Origin: Podarcis pityusensis
Lineage: Eukaryota
Length of the DNA stretch: 64,000 bases
Reading direction: 5' to 3' (one strand)
Assembly (NCBI GenBank): GCA_964106645.2
Contig: OZ067047.1
The position numbers and the translations under genes are program-made. The first letter of the stretch is position 1; every line of letters begins with the position of its first letter. The notes beneath the pieces are model-generated. The model was not told where the DNA came from. It ran no database searches and saw only the letters and a list, made by a program, of their open reading frames with translations. Positions 49,907 to 63,640 of this stretch are shown here, piece by piece.

Positions 49907-50260
49907 GGTAAAGGTAAAGGGACCCCTGACCATTAGGTCCAGTCGTGACCGACTCTGGGGTTGCGGCACTCATCTCGCTTTATTGGCCGAGGGAGCTGGC
50001 GTACAGCTTCCGGGTTATGTGGCCAGCATGACTAAGCCGTTACTGGTGAACCAGACCAGCGCACGGAAACGCCGTTTCCCTTCCCACCGGAGCGGTACCT
50101 ATTTATCTACTTGCACTTTGACATGCTTTCGAACTGCTAGGTTGGCAGGAGCAGGGACCAAGCAACGGGAGCTCACCCCGTCGCAGGGATTCGAACCGCG
50201 GACCTTCTGATCGGCAAGTCCTAGGCTCTGTGGTTTAACCCACAGCGCCACCTGCGTCCC
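49907..50260 (-). mobile_element. Full-length Sauria SINE
   Basis: Minus strand begins GGGACGCAGGTGGCGCTGTGGGTTAAACC (A-box-like), contains GGTTCGAATCCC (B box) and ends in (ACCTTT)n; perfect 12-bp TSD ATATAATACATA at 49895-49906 and 50261-50272. Confidence 0.92.
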
Positions 50261-51020
50261 ATATAATACATAACTGCTACCTTTTATTCTCAGCTCAGTT
50301 TATAGAACTTCAAATCTGCAGCAAGAATGCTTCAAAGTCTTTATATTTCCTCTCAATCCAGGCCTGGGCATTATCTCCATTTCAAAAAGAAGGAGCAGAG
50401 AAGACAGTCAAGCCAGTTTGGACATAAATATCCTGGCTGAACAACTGTCAGGCTGCCATGGTCAAGCAGGGATTATCTTGGCTGTGAGACCTGGAAGACC
50501 TGCTTCCTGCACTGCAGGCCTTTTCCACCTGGCCTGGGAAGCTGGGGCCCTGACTGACTCCAGTTACAAAAGCTGAAGCTGCTGAACAGACCCTTAGGTT
50601 GGAGAATGGTGTGTGTGTGTCTTGTTGTTGTTGCTCTTGTTGATAATGATTTTTGTATCTTTATTTTTAGATCTTATTATGATTTAAGGTGGAAATTGTT
50701 TTATTTGGTTGTGCACTTCCTGGTATGTTTTATTTACTGTTTATGACTACGTTTGTTACATTTGTAACTATGTAATTGTTTTCACGTTGGAAGCCCCCTT
50801 GAGCATTGTTTTAACTATGGAAAGGTGGCATACAGATAAAATGATGCATGTATGCATGCTTCCTACTCTCCTCATGTGTTGGCTTAAATACTTCAATCGT
50901 GGTTTCTCTAAATCACATTCTGAAATCAAAACTGTAGTTTCAATTCTGATTTACTGGCTCAGATCAGAAATATGAGGCATTTAGAGTAATATTTCATGGT
51001 ATGGGTTGCAACACACATAC

Positions 51021-51146
51021 CTGCATCTCTTCTTTTGTAAAACTGGCTGCTTCATCCCCTAATTCATGTAGATACATACAGTCTGGTTTAGGACACTGCA
51101 TATTCTTCAAAAAGTAACTGCAATATTTTGTGGTACCTAAAGACGC
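51021..51146 (-). CDS. CNOT4: CNOT4 coding exon 5 (C3H1 zinc finger)
   Basis: cccag|GCG TCT...CAG|gtatgt; ASLGTTKYCSYFLKNMQCPKPDCMYLHELGDEAASFTKEEMQ; 126 nt. Confidence 0.98.
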
Positions 51147-51366
51147 CTGGGGGGGGGGAAACGAGACATTAACTATAAAGGTCAACAAACTATATACTTT
51201 AGAAGTAAGCCTGTTTTAGAATTCAGCTTCTAGTATCATGGTGCTCAGTTACATGTACTGATAGACATTTGCCATTACGTGACACACACACACACACAAC
51301 CTTATTCTTATATAGTTACAAACACATACATTCATAGTTATAGTTACATATACACATTCATATTAC

Positions 51367-51468
51367 CTTAAGTGTTCTTCCATCTACTACCACATTATTG
51401 ACACACTGTATGGCTCTGAGTGCATCTTCTGACCGGATGTAAGTTACATATGCACTTGCACTTGGACC
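51367..51468 (-). CDS. CNOT4: CNOT4 coding exon 4 (RRM)
   Basis: tctag|GGT CCA...AAG|gtaata; GPSASAYVTYIRSEDALRAIQCVNNVVVDGRTLK; 102 nt. Confidence 0.97.
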
Positions 51469-52767
51469 CTAGATAATTAAAAAAAGTGTATGCGCATAGG
51501 TCAGTTTATTAGTCATCCTATAATGCAGCGCTGAACTTCACAAAATTCTGAAGTACTTAATACATAAGAAGCCCTCGGCAAAGGATTCATTTTCAAAAGT
51601 ACAGTAGTAATTTTTACTGCAATATTTGAATAATCAGTTTAAACAGATTACAGAAGTGCCTGTGACTAATCGGACAGCAAATTTAAAACATAGAAGTACT
51701 TCTAAATACTACACCTGGCAAGCATCATTTTAAGAGGCACTCCTATCCATAAAACAAACACAAAGGAATACTTCTAAGGCAATGACTGCTACAACAGGAA
51801 TGAAAAACCTAAATTAAAAAACAAAACCACTATGTTCCTTGCTTCAGAGTGAGGAAACTATGTTCGGTTCTTCAGAACATATGAGTAAAATCAGTAGAAT
51901 GAAGCAACTATATACCATACAAGGTTGGGCTTGCTGAAGTTAGGTTTGAATTGATGGTTTCCCAACTCTGTACACTGATATTCATAGCAACAAGGCCACA
52001 ACAGCTTTACTCCAAAATCCTTACCATGCATTTGGATTCCCTTCTTTCTTTACAATTATGTTAACTTTTTGTCTGCTCTTTGCTCCTTTACCCATTTTGA
52101 AGCCAACTTCTAAAAACTTAAGCATTCCAAGTAACATATTCCTTTCCTACTAACAAACTTGAATGAAAAAGTAACATATACTTTGAAATAGGAATTAATT
52201 TTTTCATTAGTATGACAATAGCATATCAACCAGATTAGGGTATAATTAAAAATCTTCACCAAGGTATAATGCACACCCTGAAGTCAATACAATCTTTCTA
52301 TTTAGTGAAAAACGATAACATATTTCGAGTATATCAGCTTCTGCACCAGCAAAACAGCTATAGTAAATCATGGGGTGCTCCAAGTTAGAATGCAACTACA
52401 TTCCTGAACAGGGGTGTACAAAGCGGCAATAATAAGGAGGGTACATTCCAGACAGAACAAATGAAAAGATGTGGACACATGTTTGCAGGGGAATACATTC
52501 ATAGGCTACACTTAACTGAAATTACATTCTAATTGTAGAAATTCAGGGGCAGTTTACACCTTACTGCTGGGTAGTCTACGTTGTAGAATTAATCTGACTC
52601 TGGTTATTAGTACATGCAAACAAAAACAGAGCTGCCGAAATGTTCCTGTATGGAATGTTTTTGACCCAAGGATGTCAAAAATGAGTTGTCCGTATGCAAC
52701 TGAAACTGTTGGAACTCCAGCTGAACACCCACCTTTTGCCTAGGTCAAGGGAAAATCAGAATCTTAC

Positions 52768-52854
52768 CTGTGAGCCTGCATATGATGTGCTGTTGTTGAT
52801 TACAACTTTGTGTATTTTACCAAATTTCCCAAAATATTCTGGCCTTTTCAAAAC
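52768..52854 (-). CDS. CNOT4: CNOT4 coding exon 3 (RRM)
   Basis: aaacag|GTT TTG...CAG|gtaaga; VLKRPEYFGKFGKIHKVVINNSTSYAGSQ; 87 nt; missed by the ORF track. Confidence 0.97.
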
Positions 52855-54588
52855 CTGTTTGGAAGATTAAGTTCACCGATATAAAAGCAATATTAAGAAG
52901 CAGCTCAGACAAAACTCAGACTACTAATGGATGCCTAACTATTTTTGCTCCCTTTGAAAAATCTTTTAACCAAAGAAAGCAATGGAAAATTGCTAAGCAG
53001 TTACAAATGAACTATACAAAACATTGGTCTCGGGCTGTCAACTGGAGCGGCGCAGGAGTCTCCACCCAGGCACGCAACTGGTACTGAGCACATACCATAT
53101 TTCCTACAATTAGTGGCAGATAACTTCAATTCTCTCTCCTGAAGTCTAACAACACTGTATTATAATGAGTTCTTCTAACAGCCTGCAGTCCATAAATCAC
53201 ATAAAATTCCAAGTGAAGATCGAAAGGCATGCCAAGTGGGTACCAATTTAACAGGCCCACTGACAGCAGGGACCCCAGACTATGAGCTTTCATTTAAAAA
53301 ATCTAGCCCTCCTAGAAATAAACTTATAAAGCAAGATGTTCAGGTACCCTACTAAGCAATGTGCTAGGCTGTCTGCTCCTGTGTTTAGGTGTTTTTTAGC
53401 CAATGAATAAAGACAGAACTGTGATTGAAGAGTGAGCTTTGTGAGCTTCAAGAGAAAGAAATTCATGGGATCCTAAAGAGCTTCTGTTTTCCCCTCCCCT
53501 TTGGTGCACTTTTCCTGATTCCATCTCATTTTGTAGCACTTGGAACCTCTGTAGTATACCCTTTTTTCTTATCAACCAGAATGCATCTTTCATATGGTGG
53601 GTTTGTCTGAGATCAGGTAGTCCCCAGAAGTTATTTTCTGAAATACTACTACACAGTAAGCGTAGGTGAATGTTAAAGAAAACCATGGTGAATTCAAAAT
53701 TTGGAGGAATTGGGCGTGTCTCCTGCTGCGCAGGATCTATGGTGCAAGCATTAATTAACAATTCATTGCATAGCTATCAGCAAAAGGGCACAAAGATTTG
53801 AATATGCAAATGTCCTCTTTTGTGAGTAGATCAGAGGTCCCAATACGGTGTACCAGGCCCAGAAAGCCCTGATAGACTTCTGCAGATTGAGCACCAACAT
53901 AGTAATATGTCTCACTGACCAGTTTAAGATAGTCTGGTCATAGTGTTCTCACCAACCAAAATTTCTGAAAGCTTTTAAGAGCAGCCCCATGTAAAGTCAT
54001 ACTATCAAAGCTGATGCTTTAGCAGGCTTCAGAATGAATTACCATGGCCAGAATTGTCTTCTGCAAGTAAGTGCAGCTTAGTATATCAGCCAAAGTGGTC
54101 CCAGCCCAGCATCCAGAAGCTGTTCCAGATCAAAGAACACATCAAAGCTGGGAGCCTCCCTTTTCAGAGCAAATGCAACCCCATCCAAGGCAGGCTGTAC
54201 AACTAACTCCAGATCCACTAGTTCTCACAATCAACAATATTTCTATCTTATTAGGATTGTTATTGCATATTCAATGAGACACTGCTCCCTCAAGACATCA
54301 GTTCAGTGTTCACTGTCTCCCTAGGGTCTGATGAAAAAGAGAGTGTGTGCTGAGTATCATCAGCGTACTGATGACCTTTCAACCAGGATTCCCAGACTAA
54401 TGACCGTGGGATATAACAGAATTCAACCGGCATCATTTTATGGGTCTACAGCCCTGGGTTGGTGGTATTGAACACCACTGAAAAGCCCAGAAGAATCAAC
54501 TAATTTGAGTAGGAATTTATTTCGCAACTATAATAAGTTCAGGATACACTTATTCTACAGGAAGTTCAGATTTCTGGCAGCTGCTTAC

Positions 54589-54786
54589 CTCTGGATCTGC
54601 TAGGCGTTGGGATAACCCTACTACGAATACAAGATTCTTCTGTACAACCCGTACACTGGCCAGATGTTTACGATTCTCTGATATCTTCTGTTTTCTTTCA
54701 TTTTGCTTCTGTTTCTTTTCATTTTTTATCCTTTGCAGCTCTTCTTGGGAGAGTGGTTTATACACTGCTGGATCTTCTGGATATGG
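54589..54786 (-). CDS. CNOT4: CNOT4 coding exon 2 (coiled coil, start of RRM)
   Basis: ttattag|CCA TAT...GAG|gtaagc; PYPEDPAVY...LADPE; 198 nt, phase 0-0. Confidence 0.98.
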
Positions 54787-56455
54787 CTAATAAAAAGAAA
54801 AGTGGGTAAGCCTTGATTAATAATTTCCACATCTCTGTTTCCTGCAAAGCTCGCGCCCACTGCAACAGATGCTATATGAATGATATAGAAACAAGCAATG
54901 GCTTCAAATAAATCTGAGCCCACCAAGGAATAGGTGTGCACTTTCTGCCAGTGAGGCTTCTTAAACTTTGATATCATCCTTTGCAAAGATGGCTGACATT
55001 TCCTCCCTTGAATTGTGCAGCAGCAGATAAAGGTAATGGTAGATAGGCTGCCATTACCTGTCTTCTCATTGTGAGAAGCTTGGTGCATTTCTATAGAATA
55101 CAGAAAACAGAGTATAGTGATTAGATGTAAACTTGTTTCAAAGCAGGCATCTGAAAATATAATGGTTGATATTATACAAGTATGAGTGTCATGATAAAAC
55201 ACTAACAGTAACTTGTCACAAAAACACAATATATGACAATACCATGCTGATTAATACCTTTTAAAAAAAAACAAAACATTTTTTTAGAAATCAAAAGCTT
55301 AAAGGAATGCAATGCAACGTTCAGTTTTTTACACATGCCTCCCTTTAACCACCACTGGCACATGAAATGTGACCCACTTTAGCAGGTCAATGAGTTCAAA
55401 CAGCTGGGTCATCAGAAGCATTCAAAACAAATGTCCTAGTGATGTACTTAATGAGCATCTACAGATTTCAAACACCTCACCACATTACAGAAAAGGTGCA
55501 AATTTAGAAAAAAGATAGAGATGACGCAATAACCAAAACACATCTGTTCATTTAAAGAAGTTAAACTGAAAACAGTTTTAGGGTGGCACCTGGCTAAGTC
55601 TTACTTAGACCCACTGAAATAAATGAACTTTAGTTTATTTCAATGGATGTACACTAAGCATCACTTAACTGGATACCACAAGTATACTAGCACAAGTAGT
55701 GTGGGAATTGCTTTTTCATGAGCAAACAACATTTAAAGTGCCCCAGCTATGTTGCCAGATACCCATCCCATGTGCTCCATCGAAGGATAAAAGTCCCTGA
55801 TCCCTTGACCATATCAAGAAAACCATAGGTGGGAAGCCTCAGGCCCAGCGGCCAAGTGCTGCCTTCCAGGCTTCTCTAATCTGGCCATCAGGACACAGAC
55901 AGCCTTCACTGGCCCTACTCCATATTCTCCTCCAGCTCTTTTGCTTGGCTAGAATGTGTCCTTGAACAGTGACAATGTATCTTACTTATCTGGGTATCTT
56001 ACACAGAAACCTGCTTCATTTTTTGCCTGTTGCTCTGATAACAGGTCCTATGATGGGAGGAAAGTCTTTCCATCTGTCTGACCACCCTATTCCCACTTGC
56101 CCTGCCAACCAAGACACTTGTTGCAGATTTCAGAGTAGACGACTGCTAACAGCTGTGGCTGGAAGAAGTGGAGGATACTGTATTGCCCTATGATATATGT
56201 ACCACTAAACCGATGTTTACAGTGATACTTGACTTCTGACAATTCATGAGTTCAGGAGAATACTTTGCGGAAAGTATAGAACTCAAAAGTCGAACAAAGA
56301 TCAATATTTCACTTAAAGGGACTCCATATTCCTCCCTGGTTTGACAGTGAACCCCAAGACAGTCTTAGGGGACAAGATGCATCATGTTTAAAGCAACATT
56401 TCATGCTGGTGAACCTTATTACATAACCAAATTTATTCTAATGAACTTAATATAC

Positions 56456-56629
56456 CTTTCTGCAAGCAGGGCAAAGCCCATTCTCATCAGTGCGAATACG
56501 ATGCCAACAGAAGCGACAGATCTGGTAACCACAGGTGCAAGGGAAGAAGTTTATGTCATCAATTTCAAGAGGCTCCATACAAAGGGGGCATTCCACAGGG
56601 TCTTCCTTCGCATCTGGGCTGCGAGACAT
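56456..56629 (-). CDS. CNOT4: CNOT4 first coding exon (RING finger)
   Basis: ATG at 56629; MSRSPDAKE...CPACRK; donor AAG|GTATA. Exon acceptor ttttccag| puts the exon start at 56714 (85 nt of 5'UTR). Confidence 0.98.
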
Positions 56630-58385
56630 CTCTGTTTTCGCACAGCAGCAAAAAAGTATATAATAACTTAAGGGAGGAATAGCACAGAAAACTAAAATGA
56701 AGATACTTGAAGATCTGGAAAAGAAAAAAGATGAATGAATTAGTATTTAAGTCTACACTGGAGCATAACCAATTAATTCTATCTGAATCAAAAAGCAGTT
56801 TATAAGCTTTTTTAAATTGCTTTTGCTTAAAATATTTCCCAGCCTCCAACTTAGTTTTCAAGGGGTATTAACCCATGAAGTTTTCCACTCTCAATGAACT
56901 GTGAAAAAGAGTGGCATCTAACCCTTTAGTTTCCCACTGTCATTTAAGCAAACATCGCAAATTATTTTACAGCCCTTTGTTGTATAACAGCGCAATGAAG
57001 TCCTCCAAGTAAACAGCCAAAGTGAAAATTTCTTCAAATCTTTGTTCTTACATGATTCACAGAAAGCATTCTTATACGCTTTGGGGTTTGTAGCCCTCCC
57101 CCCAACCCTCAATATGTGGTGAAGACATTTACCACACTTAAACATGAACCAATAGCCAAGCAGTATTCAATTGAGGGGAATGAAATTCCACAGCCGAGGG
57201 CTGGCATCAAGAAAAACCTCAACATGCCCTTGGATTTATAACACATGAGTATATTCTATATCTTAGAAATCACAATGGTATGTGGAGGTTGTATGCAAGC
57301 TCTCCAGTATAATTACTGTGATAGTAACTGGCCTGCAGCAGCCTGTTCAGCGATCAACTAAATCAATAGCAGTCAAATCTGCAGCCTTTGGTTTAATATA
57401 ATATAGATGGAAAGGAAACGCATGAGAAAAATGGTGTGACAGAAAGGAAGAAAAGGGGTGCCTTGGCTCTTGCCCCACCCACTACCAGCATGCACCCCGT
57501 GTACCAACATTATCTTGGAGGCAATCTGGCCTTCAGAAAGAAGGGTCCCTGTTTTTGAGTCTTTGGCAAACATTGTTCAGGCAGAGTTAGAGAAGTTTTA
57601 CATTTTATTCACTGAAGTGCCAGGGGTCCCTCAAACACATAAAATCAGCTCAGAACCACCATCAATGCCAGCCCATGTAAATAGTGTTCATCTAAGTGTG
57701 CACCATTTGCAGTACTGAAGCAAACAATTCTTGAATTGATTCAGAAAAGCATTGATATTATCAGTATGACTATCCCAAATGACCTCAATGTTTTTTCCTC
57801 TAACACTTGCTCAATCTCCAGTGGATTCCATCAATTTGACAAGATGAAAAACTAAATCAAAAAGCTCTTTACAAACATCAGCAAGCTGCCACTACTGGTT
57901 GCAGAAAAAAATGGAGCACAAGGAATAGTGACTTCTACAACAATAGATAGCACTAGGCCATGAATACAAACACAAGCATCTGGGAACTACAAGATAATAG
58001 CACAATTATCTTGGTGCCCAGAAGCAGATACTATTTGGAATTTAACATGAACTCGTGTGCTAAAAGTAACCTTAGGTACTATGTTGAGAAACTATAGCTG
58101 GGATTCTCTATACATGTAATAGACCGATTTGTTCAAGTGTTTAACAAAGTTCATGATTTGTTTGGAACAAATTGAGAGAAATAGTTTTGCTTATCATAAT
58201 GCACTTCAAGATTTGTAACTAACAACACAAATGATATCTGAACATCCTGTCTTCTAATTTGCCCTGCTTGTCCCTCAGTGGGCAAATACAACCAGATTCT
58301 AATCTAGAGAATGGGGTGTAGGTGTCAGCAAACACACTTAGAAATTCTTACTGAATTTCAGTGGAGTTACACTGACAGCAGAAGA

Positions 58386-59199
58386 CAGAGGTTTTCAACC
58401 TTTTTGAGTCCATGGCTCCCTTGACCAACTAAATTCTTTCTGCAGCACCACAGTGGGGCTCAGGAGCCCAGTTATGTCACCCCTTGCCTGCAGAGCTGGC
58501 AGCCTCTCATCCTTTTTCAAATACCCTCCCTTGTGGAGTATCCCCTCAGCCTTCCCTCCCCTCTCCTTGGGAGTCCTCCGGGCAGCCGCTGTCACCGCCC
58601 CTGCACTCTGAGCTGTCCCCCACCCACCCCAAAGAGAGGTGCCTCCCCACACTGCCCCACAGGGGCCTGGGAAAAGGATGCTCCCAGCCTTAGTGCCCCA
58701 ATGGAGACTGGCCAAAGGTGAATGTGAAGCCAGCACCTTACCTTGAGAGTCAGCAGTGGGCACTGCTGGGCCTGCATGGCGGCAAGACTGCCCTTCAGTG
58801 GCGGGAACTCAGCTGCCAGGCAGGCCTTGCACACAGCAAGCACAAGAAAGGTCAGTACACCACCTGCCTGCCTGCCCTCCCACTTGTCCATCCATTCCAA
58901 CAGCAAGGACTGGCGGGCTGGCTGGCTGGGCCCCTTGCCCACTTGCTTACTCAGAGGCCAGCTCAGCTCCTGGCAACCAGCACTCCCTGGCCAGCCCCAG
59001 AGGCACCATTCACCTACGGAACTTGTAGCCAGGGCTGCTGCAATGAAAAGCTATGCAAGCCTTTGGGAAGCAGAGATGTGAGAGAGCATCAGAGGAGGGA
59101 GGGAAAGAAAGGAGGGCAGAGACCAGAGTTGCCCGCGGCACCCCTGACCATCATTCAAGGCACCCCAGGGTGCCACGGAACATTGGTTGAAAACCACTG
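58386..59199. mobile_element. Non-autonomous hAT-type element
   Basis: TIR CAGAGGTTTTCAACC...GGTTGAAAACCACTG; 8-bp TSD GCAGAAGA/GCATAAGA; GC-rich interior explains the ORF pile-up there. Confidence 0.82.
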
Positions 59200-59914
59200 G
59201 CATAAGAGTTAGGAGAGTCCTGCATAAAATATATCTGAAACAATCTGAAAGTGCTTTAGAATGAATTAACCAATTGCTGAGCTTCTCGCCACCACATGTA
59301 AGTATATAAACTAGATCCAAAACAGAAAATTTGGAAATACTTTATTGTACTTTTCTTTTTGAATTTGTATTTTCTTCTTCCCAGAGAATCTCAAAGCAGC
59401 TAAATGGGAGCTATCTCATGCACAACCACCTTGCACGGTAAGTGGATGAAACAATATTAGTCTGGGTCATCCAGTGAGCATTACGGATCAACACGAATGT
59501 GAACTCAGGTCTCCTTGGTCTATGCCCCAAACTCTTGATATCACCTAGAAATTCTGCAGATGTCTAGGGCTCCAATCTGCAGAATTCAACCACAGCTTAT
59601 ACCTATTCATTACTACAGCTTGCATCTTTTTAACATCCATGGACATAGAATGCAAGCCCATATATTAGTCCTGGTGAGCCTATAAGTCTCTTCTAAATGA
59701 AACTGGACACTTTAGCAAGACTTTCCTCAGTTTACTCCCCAGATACTATTTTTGGCACCCTGTTAAGTAACTGCTTTTTATACAGCAAACATCTTCTATT
59801 ACAAACTTCATTAAGTCAGCAGTCACAGCATGAACACATTTGCATGAAGTGTAACTACGCAAAATATATCTGCCTTCATTAAATACACAGCTCCCCAGAA
59901 TTTAAGGTGGGAAC

Positions 59915-60005
59915 TCTCTCAACTCTACTTAGAGATGCAGGGGCTGGACCTAGGACCTTTTGCATGCAAAGCAGATACTCTACAGCTGAGCTATGGCCCT
60001 TCTCC
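59915..60005 (-). mobile_element. tRNA-derived SINE fragment; related copies at ~28476-28620 and ~61277-61460 (+)
   Basis: Minus strand gggccatagctcagctgtagagtatctgctttgcatgcaaaaggtcctaggtcca resembles a tRNA head. Confidence 0.6.
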
Positions 60006-60777
60006 ACAGAAGATCAACTCCAATCTAAAAAACTTACCACCCAGATAGATGTACAGTGTACAGTTCTATTTTGTAACTCTGAAGCATCATATTGCTGTAT
60101 CTATACCACAGAGAACGGACATGGGGTCCACACACTGTCTATGAGTACTTCTGTGCTGCCCAGGAGTCTAGAAAATATCAAGTACTGTAGTTTTACTGAT
60201 ACATGAACCACACAAGGCTAGAAACCATTTAAAATATTGAACCCTGAGTGACTAGGGATTTATTTCTTGAAACTAGCAAGTCCACAGCCCCAGCTGATGA
60301 GTGCTGCTTGTGAGTGTACTTCTCTATAAATATGTTCATCACCCTGTTGCAAGTTCTACATTTGTGTGCAGCCAGAGACAAATATGTAATCATATGACAG
60401 TCTATGTGGATTTCATACTTCCTATGCAGAGGTGTTTTTGTGTAGTCTCTCCTGCTCCCCCCCCCCCATCCCAAAGTTTTGGTTTTTGTGGTTGGAAAAA
60501 TAAGCTTGAGAACATGAAGGAAGAGTGCCCTAGAAGGATCATATATCAAATAAAGAAAACTGCACGCTTCCCAAGTTAATCCAATGAAGTTAAGACCTTG
60601 TCAAGAGTTAATACTGAGAAGGAAATTAAGCACTCCAACATGAAGAAAGGATCAGTTCAAAAAAGGAAGCTGGTCAGGCTTCACTGTTTCCAACCACTTT
60701 TTCTAAAATTGTAGCATCATCAACAAAAGAGTACATAAATGTACATAGAATTATGATCACACAGTGTTACTGTAGGT

Positions 60778-60980
60778 CAGAGCTTTCCAAACTGTGTCGC
60801 GACACATTAGTGTGTTGGCTGCAGTGTGTAGGTGTGTCACACAAACACTCCCCACGCTCCTTCCGGGGCTGGAAAGTGGTTAGTTTAACCTCTGGTTTGC
60901 TAGTAAAACTGAATTACTGTGTCACAAAATGATGCATGCCTAAAAGTGTGTCACCAACATGAAAAGTCTGGAAAGCTTTG
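60778..60980. mobile_element. hAT-type MITE
   Basis: CAGAGCTTTCCAAACT...AGTCTGGAAAGCTTTG; TSD CTGTAGGT/CTGTAGTT. Confidence 0.8.
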
Positions 60981-62362
60981 CTGTAGTTGTATAAAATCAT
61001 ATGCTATAGTCAGACTTGAACATTGGTTTCAGGAGTGGACAGTTCACAAATAAGATAAAACTAAGTTGAACAAGAGAAACAAGAGAGCTAGAAGTTAGCA
61101 TGGGTTAGATACAGAAAAAGATGCAGGTGAGAGCCTCTATATGGAATGCACTACTATATACAAACCCCACACATAGGTTGTCATGTAACCATCACACAGA
61201 TGTACATTTTGCTGCATGCTTGCATCCAACATATTCATAGGAGAGAACTATCATGGGCACTACTTAACAGTTAAGGAAAGGGTTGCTGCTGAGTGGTGCA
61301 GCAAATGCTTTTGGTACAAAAAGTCCCAGTTCAATCCTTGGTAAGTCAAAGGAGGGCTGAGAAATATTTCTGTCTGAAACTCTCAGGAGCTGCTATCATT
61401 CAGTGTTGACAATATTGAACTAGATGAACCACTGGTCTAACTCTGCATAAGGCAAGCCTTCAGTTCGCCTTTGTTACTAGATCCAAGAAGTAAATACCTA
61501 GTCACTCAGGATGAAGCATTTAACAGTTTCAAAGGTGTCTGGCCAAAAATCAGTGACAGCCCAGAGCTTGAAAGCAACGAGGCAAAACCTGCTGAAAATC
61601 AAAATATGCTAGTTTTACTGACTAGTAGCTTTTTATTTAGAAAAGTTACTGAATTTTATTCTTCAAACAGATAAACTTTGGAAGGTTTGATTAAGAATTT
61701 ACATAGGAAACATTGGGCTGAAAAAGTCAGCTCAGCTCCACACTTATGTAGAAAAAGCCAAATCCTATCACATGAGACTGAGCACAGCAATTAACATAAT
61801 GCTATTAGCGTAAGGCCATTATATCAGTCTGTAAATTGTCCACATTTAGAATTCTGTGTATAGATATAATCAATGCACCTCAAAAGAATATTAAACTTAA
61901 GGAGGTACAGAAAAAGACAACTAAGATTATTAGAAGGCTGAGAATTTATTGGACCACTTTAACAATGTCAAAAGGCTTTGAGGTTATGGTTTTTCAATTT
62001 AGAGGGAAAGAAAAGATTAATGTGGAATCACAGTTAAGAAGCACAAAACACAATTTCTAAAATGTAGTCTCTTATTACAGCCACTGTGCCTTCTCAAAGA
62101 GTTTCTTATTTCTAACAGAGGAAGCCCTGTACTGTATGGCAGAAAAGTTCACCTATGCTTGCTAATTACATATATGCTACTCCAATAAGATTTATCCTCT
62201 TACCTATTATTCCAAGTTAACTAGAGAGATTGTCAACAGCTAAGAACCTAAATTGCTGTTCACTTTTGTACTGGTAACTATTTTTGGGATAAGCCACTAT
62301 CTACGCAGCAGTCCTTATTTCTGTTAGTTATGGCAATATAGCCAGATTTCAAATATCTAGAG

Positions 62363-62501
62363 CAGGCTTCCTCAACCTCGGCCCTCCAGATGTTTTGAGA
62401 CTACAGTTCCCATCATCCCTGACCACTGGTCCTGCTAGCTAGGGATTATGGGAGTTGTAGGCCAAAAAAACCATCTGGAGGACAGAGGTTAAGGAAGCCT
62501 G
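62363..62501. mobile_element. Palindromic hAT-type MITE
   Basis: CAGGCTTCCTCAACCTC...GAGGTTAAGGAAGCCTG; perfect 8-bp TSD ATCTAGAG. Confidence 0.88.
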
Positions 62502-63370
62502 ATCTAGAGCAGCAGTCAGAATACTTACAAGCTACATTTACTACCGTGTACTCAATGTTCTAACTTTGGTCTTAATTTAAACATGGTGTAGTACTTAAAA
62601 GTGACATTCAGGTGTTGTAATTACATTCATAAATTTCATCATAACCCTTCAAAAGGTAATCACAATCAGTGTTACAATCACACATTTTATTTAAGATTTT
62701 TGATGGTTGCACTAAAATCATTTTTATTGTTCTCACAACTGTAATGTTACTACACACACACTGTTATGGGCATGACCAAAACTGAAATAATTACAGGAAA
62801 AGGACATCTATTAACAACATAACGCTATGGTCCTTGGGAAGGCATCTAAGGAGCCACAGAGTGTTTTGGATCTCCCCCCTCTGAGGGTGGAGAGAGACCT
62901 CATACGCCATACAACCTCTAAACCTCTGTGGCCCCTGCCTTACTGATACTGGATTTCTCACTTCTGTAGAAGAAAGAAGGGGTGTGTCAAACCTGGAGTT
63001 ATGAAGAATCCAATGCCTTCTCCTTGCCCTGACCTGCACCCAAAAAAGGGGGAAATATACACTAGGAGGAAAACTGCTTTAAAGAAAAAGTAGGGGGGAC
63101 TTTGGGCATGGGAAATGGTAAAAACACTCTCCTTCTCTTTCACTGCATGCCTTAAGATTCTGATCAGGCAACATGTTCACCTTTAGTTATCCCTCTGCCC
63201 CATTTTGGACTGCTCTGCTCAGAAGTTAAAATCAGTTGTGCAAGTGAGCTTACATCAGTTCTGCAGATTCTCAGAAAGGTAGACAAAAGTCCTACTTATG
63301 TGCTCACATTCTTAAGAAAAATGTCATTTCAGGCCAATACTGCATAGAGAAATATGCTGGGGAGAATTAA

Positions 63371-63640
63371 AGGCTTGTCCACACATCTGCTTGCCCTGCC
63401 ACATTTCTCTGAAGAAAAAGAAAAATGCTCTTTACTGCTGAATCGGAGCAAACGTCCAACTGGGTTTTCAGCAGATTAACATTTGCTCCGATTCAGAGGT
63501 AAAAGAGCCAGTTTTGCCAGGGAAAGATGTGGAACAAATGTAAAACCACTCAGACCCATGCCTAGAAAGCACAGGACAAACAGAAAACCTTTTGGACCCC
63601 TGCTTTCAAGGAATGGGACAAGCGGACATGTGAACGAGCC
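63371..63640. mobile_element. Palindromic MITE (PIF/Harbinger-like termini)
   Basis: ggcttgtccacacat...atgtgaacgagccc termini; internal inverted repeat ctgaatcggagcaaa/tttgctccgattcag. Confidence 0.6.

Larger units (their letters stand above)
18785..56629 (-). other. CNOT4: CNOT4 gene body (start to stop codon); CCR4-NOT subunit 4, RING E3 ubiquitin ligase
   Basis: Joined exons give MSRSPDAKEDPVECPLCMEPL... (C4C4 RING), coiled coil, RRM, C3H1 zinc finger, the DDLGFDPFDITRKALADLIEKEL motif and ...LDRH*, recognised as vertebrate CNOT4. Exon lengths 174+198+87+102+126+125/134+[156]+58+250+498+213+302 keep frame. Confidence 0.98.

Noticed and set aside
58395-59212. Pile of ORFs on both strands
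   Set aside because: They coincide with a GC-rich non-autonomous hAT element; no transposase motifs
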